Source of the DNA: Candidatus Omnitrophota bacterium
Lineage (GTDB): Bacteria; Omnitrophota; Gorgyraeia; Gygaellales; Profunditerraquicolaceae
DNA: 54,792 nt
NCBI GenBank assembly: GCA_026387475.1
Contig: JAPLLN010000035.1
Location: 1-54,792, forward strand
Direction: 5' to 3'
Below are positions 48,425 through 54,792 of the stretch, one piece after another; position 1 is the first letter of the stretch, and each line of letters begins with the position of its first letter. The translations under genes and the position numbers were made by a program. The notes under the pieces are model-generated. The model searched no databases. It was not told the origin of the DNA and saw only the letters and a program-made list of their open reading frames with translations.

Positions 48425-48496
48425 GCGCCTGTAGCGCAATGGATAGCGCACTAGCCTCCGAAGCTAGTGGTACAGGTTCGACTCCTGTCAGGCGCA
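48425..48496 (+). tRNA. tRNA-Arg (anticodon CCG)
   Basis: GCGCCTGTAGCGCAATGGATAGCGCACTAGCCTCCGAAGCTAGTGGTACAGGTTCGACTCCTGTCAGGCGCA folds as a cloverleaf. Confidence 0.9.
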
Positions 48497-48506
48497 ATTG
48501 GTTAAT

Positions 48507-48965
48507 ATGGCTAAGACAGTCGTAGGGGTTATTGGAGGAAGGGTTTGTACGCCCGAAGTGGAGCGGATAGCCAGAGAATTGGGTATGAAACTGGCAAAAG
48601 TGGCGGATTACCTTGCTTGTGGTGGCTTAGGTGGAGTGATGGAGGCGGTTTGCTCTGGATTTAAGGCTGCCGGAGGCGTAACCTTAGGTATACTACCGGG
48701 TTACGACAAAAAAGATGCCAATGCGCATGTGGATATAGCCATCCCTACCGGCCTGGGATTAGCCAGAAACGTGCTCGTGGTCAAGGCTGCGGACGTAGTT
48801 GTGGCGCTACCCGGTGAGGCAGGGACCCTCTCCGAGATCGCATATTGCCTGCAGTTCGGGGTCCCGGTTATCAGCCTGGAATCCTGGGATATAAAAGGCG
48901 TTATAAAAGTCAAGACTGTCGATGATGCCCTACGTGAAGTTAAGAAAATATTGGAGCCGAAATAA
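48507..48965 (+). CDS. TIGR00725/LOG-like Rossmann-fold protein
   Basis: VGVIGG..., GGLGGVMEA and the LOG-type motif [10 protein letters not shown] are present. I moved the start to the ATG at 48507 so it no longer abuts the tRNA. Confidence 0.65.
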   Translation: MAKTVVGVIGGRVCTPEVERIARELGMKLAKVADYLACGGLGGVMEAVCSGFKAAGGVTLGILPGYDKKDANAHVDIAIPTGLGLARNVLVVKAADVVVALPGEAGTLSEIAYCLQFGVPVISLESWDIKGVIKVKTVDDALREVKKILEPK

Positions 48966-50554
48966 TGAAAAAGAGAGTGGTGATTTTGGGGGGCGGGCCT
49001 AATCGTATCGGCCAGGGCATAGAATTTGATTATTGCTGTTGCCATGCTTCGTATGCTCTAAAGGAAGAGGGTATTGAAAGCATCATGGTGAACTGCAATC
49101 CGGAGACTGTCTCTACGGATTATGATACTTCGGATAGGCTTTATTTTGAGCCGTTAACTTTAGAGGATATCCTAAGTATTATCGAGCTGGAAAAGCCGAT
49201 GGGTGTCATCGTGCAATTCGGCGGCCAGACACCGCTTAACCTGGCTGTCCCGTTGCTTAAATGCGGAGTTAATTTATTGGGGACTTCCGCGGATAGCATC
49301 GATATCGCCGAAGACAGGAAACGTTTTAAACAGATGCTGGACAAGCTCGGGCTGCGGCAGCCGCCTAATGGGACCGCATTCACTTTTAAAGAAGCGGAGG
49401 AAGTGGCAAAGAAGATCGGTTATCCGGTCTTGGTCCGCCCGTCTTATGTTTTAGGCGGCCGGGCAATGGAGATCGTCTACGCGCAGGAGTTGTTAGAAAG
49501 ATTCATTAAAGAAGCAGCCGAGGTATCGGGAGAGCATCCGGTTTTAATCGATAAATTTCTGGAAGACGCGACCGAAGTCGACGTGGACTTGATCGGCGAC
49601 GGAAAGACCTTTGTCATCGGCGGGATAATGGAGCATATCGAGGAGGCAGGTATTCATTCCGGAGACTCGGCGATGTCTTTGCCGCCTTTCAGTCTGAAAC
49701 GCCCGGTGCTTGATAAGATCCGCGAGGCCACCATTAAAATGGCCAAGGAATTAAACGTTAAGGGCCTGATGAACGTGCAGTACGCCGTAAAGGATGACCT
49801 GGTCTATGTATTAGAGGTTAATCCGCGCGCATCCCGCACCGTGCCGTTTGTCTCCAAGGCGATGGGAGTGCCGCTGGCGAAACTCGCTACCAAGATCATG
49901 GTGGGCAGAAACTTAAAAGAGCTGGGTTTTACCAAAGAAATAATCCCCGATTACGTATCGGTTAAAGAATCGGTATTTCCTTTTAACCGTTTTCCCGGGG
50001 TAGACGTTATTTTAGGCCCGGAGATGAAATCTACCGGCGAGGTCATGGGGATAGACGCGGATTTCGGTAGCGCGTACATTAAATCCCAGTTAGCCGCCGG
50101 ACAGAAACTTCCGCTTAAGGGAAATGTCTTTATTTCGGTGCGCGACTCGGATAAGGATGCGGTTATTCCAATCGCTAAAGGATTAGAGGGCATGGGTTTT
50201 AAAATCTACGCCACCTCCGGCACAGCCGCTGTGCTGAAAATTAGTAAGATCAAAGTAAATGCTTTAAACAAGATCGCTGACGGAAGCCCCAATGTGCTGG
50301 ATCTGATGAAAGATGGGAAGCTGCAGATGGTCATCAATACTCCTTCGGGAAGAATTCCGCGGCAGGATGAAGTCAGAATCCGCTCCCACGTGATTATGTA
50401 CAATATTCCTTACACTACGACAATCTCCGGAGCGCAGGCAACCTTGAATGGGATCAAGTCCCTGCTCAAAAAAGATTTGAGCGTAAAGTCGCTGCAGGAA
50501 TATCATCTAAGCAGCAAGAGAGAGATCAAAAAATGCCGGAGTTGCCGGAAGTAG
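48965..50554 (+). CDS. carB: carbamoyl-phosphate synthase large subunit, C-terminal half only (second ATP-grasp plus MGS-like allosteric domain)
   Basis: The protein starts at [59 protein letters not shown], which corresponds to residue ~555 onward of full-length CarB. Total length is 529 aa. Confidence 0.85.
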   Translation: MKKRVVILGGGPNRIGQGIEFDYCCCHASYALKEEGIESIMVNCNPETVSTDYDTSDRLYFEPLTLEDILSIIELEKPMGVIVQFGGQTPLNLAVPLLKCGVNLLGTSADSIDIAEDRKRFKQMLDKLGLRQPPNGTAFTFKEAEEVAKKIGYPVLVRPSYVLGGRAMEIVYAQELLERFIKEAAEVSGEHPVLIDKFLEDATEVDVDLIGDGKTFVIGGIMEHIEEAGIHSGDSAMSLPPFSLKRPVLDKIREATIKMAKELNVKGLMNVQYAVKDDLVYVLEVNPRASRTVPFVSKAMGVPLAKLATKIMVGRNLKELGFTKEIIPDYVSVKESVFPFNRFPGVDVILGPEMKSTGEVMGIDADFGSAYIKSQLAAGQKLPLKGNVFISVRDSDKDAVIPIAKGLEGMGFKIYATSGTAAVLKISKIKVNALNKIADGSPNVLDLMKDGKLQMVINTPSGRIPRQDEVRIRSHVIMYNIPYTTTISGAQATLNGIKSLLKKDLSVKSLQEYHLSSKREIKKCRSCRK

Positions 50555-51333
50555 AGACGATCAAGCGGGATTTAGAGAAAATAATCATCGGGAAGAAGAT
50601 TGTCGAGGTTTGCGTGCATCATCCGGCGGTAGTGCGCGAGCCGGGAGTAGAAAAATTCAAGAAGGCCCTCACCGGAGTCAGCGTAAAGCGGGTATTGCGC
50701 CGGGCAAAGGTCCTGATATTGGAATTATCCAACGGAAAGGCGCTGGTGATCCACTTAAAGATGACCGGCCAGTTAGTTTACCCGGGAGACGGATTAAAAA
50801 GCCGGGTGAGTTTTCATCTTTCTAACGGGAAGATTTTAGATTTTAATGACCAACGCCTTTTCGGGGAATTAAGGGTGATGGATGACTGGCGGACCTTGAA
50901 ATTTATTCAAGGCCTCGGACCGGAGCCGTTTGATATAACCGCGGAAGAGTTTAAAGAGATGCTTGCTAAAAAGAAGACCAAAATAAAACCGCTCTTGATG
51001 GATCAGACATTTGTCTCCGGTATAGGAAATTTGTACGCGGCAGAGGTATTATTCCGCGCCAACATCGATCCGGAGCGCTCGGCACAGGGATTGAGCGGCG
51101 GAGAAAAAGAAAAGCTGTTTCAGACTATCAAAAAAGTCCTGCAAGAAGCCATACATTACGGCGGGTCTTCCGTAGATGATTATGTGCGGGTTTCCGGCGA
51201 GCGCGGGAATTATGCCCGGCATCATAAAGTTTACGGCAGGGAAGGAAAGCCTTGTTTAGTCTGTAAAACCCTTATTAAAAGGACAGCATTAGGAGGCAGA
51301 GGCACATATTTTTGTCCTAAGTGCCAACATTAG
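50533..51333 (+). CDS. mutM: formamidopyrimidine-DNA glycosylase
   Basis: MPELPEVE N-terminus, H2TH region, and a C-terminal zinc finger (CLVCKTLI...[11 protein letters not shown]). Confidence 0.9.
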   Translation: MPELPEVETIKRDLEKIIIGKKIVEVCVHHPAVVREPGVEKFKKALTGVSVKRVLRRAKVLILELSNGKALVIHLKMTGQLVYPGDGLKSRVSFHLSNGKILDFNDQRLFGELRVMDDWRTLKFIQGLGPEPFDITAEEFKEMLAKKKTKIKPLLMDQTFVSGIGNLYAAEVLFRANIDPERSAQGLSGGEKEKLFQTIKKVLQEAIHYGGSSVDDYVRVSGERGNYARHHKVYGREGKPCLVCKTLIKRTALGGRGTYFCPKCQH

Positions 51334-52005
51334 ATGAAAAAACGCATTAAGTTGCACGGATCCCTGATATTTTTAGCCATACTTTCCCTGGTAATTTTTC
51401 CGGAATACTTGCTGATCGCCCCGCGGGGCGTTTGGGTAAATATTATTTGCGCGTTAGCGATCATCTGGGGATATTTTATCAGGATCTGCAGCCGCGGCCT
51501 TAAGTCGGAGCTCAATCCCGACGGGCATACGCTGGTTACTATCGGCCCTTACAAGGTGACCCGCAACCCGATGTACTTCGGGACCTTTGTCATCGGGCTA
51601 GGGGTTTCTTTTATGCTCTTTCGCTGGTGGGTTACCCCAGTCTTCTTCGCGGTTTATCTGGCGATCTATCTGCCGCTTATCAAAGGGGAAGAGAAGGCTT
51701 TATCCGAACGCTTCCCAAATACCTTTAAAGGTTATTGCCGCAATACGAATAAATTCTTTCCCAAAAATATGATCTTCGACCTTCCGGTTAAACCTGCCTG
51801 GATAAAGAAAGAACTTTTTTCTTCTTTAGCGCCGGTGATATTTCTTATCGCGGCAATTCAAGCCTGGGCGGATTATAAATTCTTCGGCTTGGTCAGGTAT
51901 CAAGAGAGGCTTTTGACTTTAGGGATATTTTTCGGCCTCCTGCTGGTATTTACGGGTTTAACGTCCGGGAAAAATAAAAAATATGGCATATCAGGCAAAA
52001 GCTAA
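51334..52005 (+). CDS. membrane methyltransferase of the ICMT/PEMT family
   Basis: Multi-TM protein with the motif GPYKVTRNPMYFG. Confidence 0.6.
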   Translation: MKKRIKLHGSLIFLAILSLVIFPEYLLIAPRGVWVNIICALAIIWGYFIRICSRGLKSELNPDGHTLVTIGPYKVTRNPMYFGTFVIGLGVSFMLFRWWVTPVFFAVYLAIYLPLIKGEEKALSERFPNTFKGYCRNTNKFFPKNMIFDLPVKPAWIKKELFSSLAPVIFLIAAIQAWADYKFFGLVRYQERLLTLGIFFGLLLVFTGLTSGKNKKYGISGKS

Positions 52006-52747
52006 GATCCTAAAGAATTCTTGCGTTGGTGGGAACTACTTTAAAATGGAGATCTCCTGCCCGAGGGTTTCTAAATCCGCTCTCTCCGGCCAGTTTGTCA
52101 ACTTGAAGATCAGCGATAGGTTTATTCCGTTATTAAGAAGGCCGATAAGCATACATAATGTCCGGGGCTCAAAAATAGAGCTCCTTTATGAAGTTGTTGG
52201 TAAGGGGACGGAATTATTATCCCGGAAAAAAGCCGGAGAGGAGCTGGACCTGATCGGCCCGTTAGGAAATAGTTTTTCTTATGTTGCTAAACGTACTCCT
52301 ATTCTTGTCGCCGGAGGAATGGGAGTGGCGCCCTTAGTTTTCCTCGCAGATAAATTAAAAAAACAAAAACCGTTGGTCCTTGTCGGAGCGAAGACAAAGA
52401 AACAAATACTCTGTGTTAAGGAATTTGAGAAGATCGGTTGCGCAGTGAAGACCGCTACGGATGACGGCTCCGTGGGATTTAAGGGAAGGGTCACCGATAT
52501 GTTAAAGAATTTACTATCGACTATTGACTATCGGCAATTGACTCTCTACGCCTGCGGGCCTAAGCCTATGTTGAAAGCGGTCAGCGTTATCGCTAAAATA
52601 AAGAATATCCCCGCGCAGGTCTCCTTGGAAGAGCATATGGCCTGCGGCATAGGCGCCTGTTTAGGATGCGTAGTCAATACTAAAAAAGGGATGAAGCGCG
52701 TCTGTAAAGAAGGGCTGGTCTTTGATTCCGGAGAGATTATCTGGTAG
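51983..52747 (+). CDS. pyrK: dihydroorotate dehydrogenase electron-transfer subunit
   Basis: FAD/NAD-binding fold (RRPISI, GGMGVAPL) and a C-terminal 2Fe-2S motif (CGIGACLGCV...C). Confidence 0.85.
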   Translation: MAYQAKAKILKNSCVGGNYFKMEISCPRVSKSALSGQFVNLKISDRFIPLLRRPISIHNVRGSKIELLYEVVGKGTELLSRKKAGEELDLIGPLGNSFSYVAKRTPILVAGGMGVAPLVFLADKLKKQKPLVLVGAKTKKQILCVKEFEKIGCAVKTATDDGSVGFKGRVTDMLKNLLSTIDYRQLTLYACGPKPMLKAVSVIAKIKNIPAQVSLEEHMACGIGACLGCVVNTKKGMKRVCKEGLVFDSGEIIW

Positions 52748-52783
52748 CCTGCCTACCGGCAGGTAGGCCTGCCTTCGGCAGGC
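52748..52783. repeat. two adjacent cctgcc/ggcagg hairpins after pyrK
   Basis: The first is cctgcc-tacc-ggcagg (52748-52763). The second is gcctgcc-ttc-ggcaggc (52767-52783), which is identical to 13985-14001. The second stem abuts the GGGAGG Shine-Dalgarno sequence of the next gene. Confidence 0.8.
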
Positions 52784-52794
52784 AGGGAGGTAAT

Positions 52795-53154
52795 ATGAAT
52801 TACTTTCTGTATCTTTTGTTAGGTGCGATTGCGGGAGTGCTAAGCGGGTTATTCGGCATAGGCGGCGGGATAATATTGATCCCGGCGTTGGTCTTTGTCT
52901 TCGGGCTGACCCAGCATCAGGCGCAGGGGACGACCCTGGCGATCTTACTCCCTCCTATAGGTTTGCTTGCTGCCTGGCGTTACTGGCAGGCGGGGAATGT
53001 CAATGTTACGATCGCTTGGCTGGTCTGCCTGGGTTTCTTTTTCGGCGGATTGATTGGCGCTAATTTTGCGCAAGGGATCAACGACCTGCTATTAAAGAGG
53101 ATTTTCGGCGTATTTCTTGCTTTTGTCGCCGTAGAAATGATCATAGGTAAATAA
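52795..53154 (+). CDS. half-size TauE/SafE-family membrane protein
   Basis: 119-aa protein with ~4 TM helices. The sequence GAIAGVLSGLFGIGGGIILIPALV is typical of the TauE family. Confidence 0.6.
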   Translation: MNYFLYLLLGAIAGVLSGLFGIGGGIILIPALVFVFGLTQHQAQGTTLAILLPPIGLLAAWRYWQAGNVNVTIAWLVCLGFFFGGLIGANFAQGINDLLLKRIFGVFLAFVAVEMIIGK

Positions 53155-53155
53155 T

Positions 53156-54070
53156 ATGGCTAATCTAACCGTAAATATCGGCAAACTGAAATTGAAAAAC
53201 CCGGTGATGGTCGCATCCGGCACATTCGGCTACGCCGAAGAATTTAAAGACTTCATAGATTTAAAGAAACTCGGCGCAATCGTCACTAAGACCATCACCT
53301 TAAAGCCGCGCAAAGGTAACCCCGGGCCGCGCACCTGCGAAACCCCTGCGGGGATGCTTAATTCTATCGGCCTGGAAAACCCCGGGATAGAGGGATTTAT
53401 TGCCGAGAAACTGCCGATTTTAAAAAAGATCGGTGTCCCGGCGATCATCAGTATTGCGTCGGAAGGGGAGGCCGGAGAATTTGTCGAACTTAGCCGCAGG
53501 CTGGATAAAATCAAGGAAGTATCGGCGATAGAATTGAATATCTCCTGCCCGAATATCCGGGATAAATCGCGCCTCATCTCGCAGGACGCGCAAGCCACTT
53601 ATGAATTAGTAAGATCAGTGCGCAAGGTTACGCAGAAGACGCTGATCACCAAACTCTCTCCGAACGTTACATCTATCGTAGAAATCGCCAAAGCAGCGCA
53701 GGCAGGAGGGAGTGACGCGTTATCGCTGATAAACACCTTGACCGGGATGAGTATTGACGTGCGCCGGCGCAGGCCGAAGATCGCGAGTATTGTGGCAGGG
53801 CTAAGCGGACCGGCGATAAAGCCGGTGGCGGTGAGGATGTGCTGGGAGGTTTATAAAGCGGTCGATCTGCCGATCATCGGCATGGGCGGAATAATGAATA
53901 CGGAAGACGCCCTAGAATTCCTGATTGCCGGAGCCTCCGCGGTAAGCGTAGGGACAGGAAATTTTATCAATCCTAAGGCGAGCGTGGAGATCATCGCGGG
54001 GCTTAAAAATTATATGACAAAAAATAGAATAAATGATATAAAGAATATAGTCGGAAGCCTTAAAACATGA
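53156..54070 (+). CDS. pyrD: dihydroorotate dehydrogenase catalytic subunit (class 1B)
   Basis: LKNPVMVASGTFG, IELNISCPN and GGI..EDALEFLIAGASAV are present, and it is paired with pyrK. Confidence 0.9.
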   Translation: MANLTVNIGKLKLKNPVMVASGTFGYAEEFKDFIDLKKLGAIVTKTITLKPRKGNPGPRTCETPAGMLNSIGLENPGIEGFIAEKLPILKKIGVPAIISIASEGEAGEFVELSRRLDKIKEVSAIELNISCPNIRDKSRLISQDAQATYELVRSVRKVTQKTLITKLSPNVTSIVEIAKAAQAGGSDALSLINTLTGMSIDVRRRRPKIASIVAGLSGPAIKPVAVRMCWEVYKAVDLPIIGMGGIMNTEDALEFLIAGASAVSVGTGNFINPKASVEIIAGLKNYMTKNRINDIKNIVGSLKT

Positions 54071-54732
54071 AGAATAACGCTCAAATCATACTCGCCCTGG
54101 ATGTGGACGATATAAAAAAGGCGGAGCAGGTCGTAGATAGACTGTATCCGGCGGTGAAGATATTTAAAGTAGGCATCCATCTTTTCACCGCTTACGGCCC
54201 GAAGATCGTCGAGCTTATCCGCAATAAGGGCGCCGAGGTTTTCCTCGATCTTAAATTCTTTGATATCCCTAATACGGTAGCGGGCGCGGTGCGCTCCGCG
54301 GTGAGATTAGAGGCTAAGATGCTCACCCTGCATATCTTAGGGGACGAAGAGATGATCAAGGCTGCGGTCAAGGCGTCCCGCGAGGAGTCGGCAAAATTAA
54401 AAATCCGGCCTCCGTTATTGATCGGGGTCACGGTCTTGACCAGCAAAGAGACAAATTCCAGCGATGTCCTTACTCTGGCGAAGATCGGCATCGAGGCCGG
54501 GCTCGACGGTGTAGTCTGCTCGGCGAGAGAGGCCGCCCTTTTGAGAAAAGAGATCAAAAAAGACTTTGTCATTGTCACTCCCGGTATCAGGCCGGGAAAA
54601 TTTTCCGCAGACGATCAGAAGCGCACGGCTACGGTTCAAGAAGCTGTCGCGGCAGGAAGTAATTATTTAGTCATCGGCAGGCCGATATTAGAAGCAAAAA
54701 ATCCCCTGGAAGCAGCAAAAGAATTAGTTTAA
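54067..54732 (+). CDS. pyrF: orotidine-5'-phosphate decarboxylase
   Basis: LALDV...KVG..LF, DLKFFDIPNTV and IGRPI motifs are present. Confidence 0.9.
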   Translation: MKNNAQIILALDVDDIKKAEQVVDRLYPAVKIFKVGIHLFTAYGPKIVELIRNKGAEVFLDLKFFDIPNTVAGAVRSAVRLEAKMLTLHILGDEEMIKAAVKASREESAKLKIRPPLLIGVTVLTSKETNSSDVLTLAKIGIEAGLDGVVCSAREAALLRKEIKKDFVIVTPGIRPGKFSADDQKRTATVQEAVAAGSNYLVIGRPILEAKNPLEAAKELV

Positions 54733-54764
54733 CGAAGTATCCGGACAATAAGAGGGAGGTAGGC

Positions 54765-54792
54765 ATGCAGAAGAAAACGATGATTGTAGTTA
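54765..54792 (+). CDS. 5' end of an unidentified ORF (MQKKTMIVV...), runs off the window
   Basis: ATG at 54765, 7 nt after GAGGGAGG. Only 9 codons are visible. Confidence 0.3.

Overview
This 54.8-kb window is the replication-origin neighbourhood of a bacterial chromosome, probably from a small-genome, uncultivated lineage (taxonomy cannot be fixed from the sequence alone). Every gene left of ~20.9 kb is on the minus strand: a MetV-like Cys-rich protein, a TPR protein, an EF-G paralog, rarA, pheT-pheS, rplT-rpmI-infC-thrS, a cpaF-like ATPase, tRNA-Val/Leu/Cys, coaC, rpoZ, gmk, yicC, ndk, parB-parA, a Jag_N-only gene, yidC, yidD and rpmH. Every gene right of it is on the plus strand: dnaA, dnaN, DUF721, gyrB, gyrA, tRNA-Glu, glmS, rsmI, a giant ORF, a four-helix-bundle gene, and a PyrR-attenuated pyrimidine cluster (pyrR-pyrB-pyrC ... 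carB C-half ... pyrK ... pyrD-pyrF). That cluster is interleaved with an EndoQ-like gene, tRNA-Arg, a LOG-like gene, mutM, an ICMT-like gene and a TauE-like gene. Most of the window is ordinary core genome. Five things are not ordinary. (1) An 11.9-kb ORF (31711-43602) encodes a 3,963-aa protein with a signal peptide and many unrelated enzyme-like modules joined by ASSPAP linkers; this is the best candidate for something undescribed. (2) An EF-G carries a 321-aa N-terminal extension made of a membrane anchor, a coiled coil and a Pro-Val-Glu spacer. (3) An Avd/23S-IVS-type four-helix-bundle gene is enclosed by G-rich and C-rich imperfect inverted repeats with G-quadruplex potential. (4) There are several reductions: rnpA is missing from the rpmH-yidD junction, carB is split, and PheT and ThrRS lack N-terminal domains. 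(5) There are small palindromic and tandem repeat families in the intergenic regions. I saw no CRISPR array, rRNA, transposase, integrase or reverse transcriptase. All domain calls come from reading motifs by eye, since no database search could be run.
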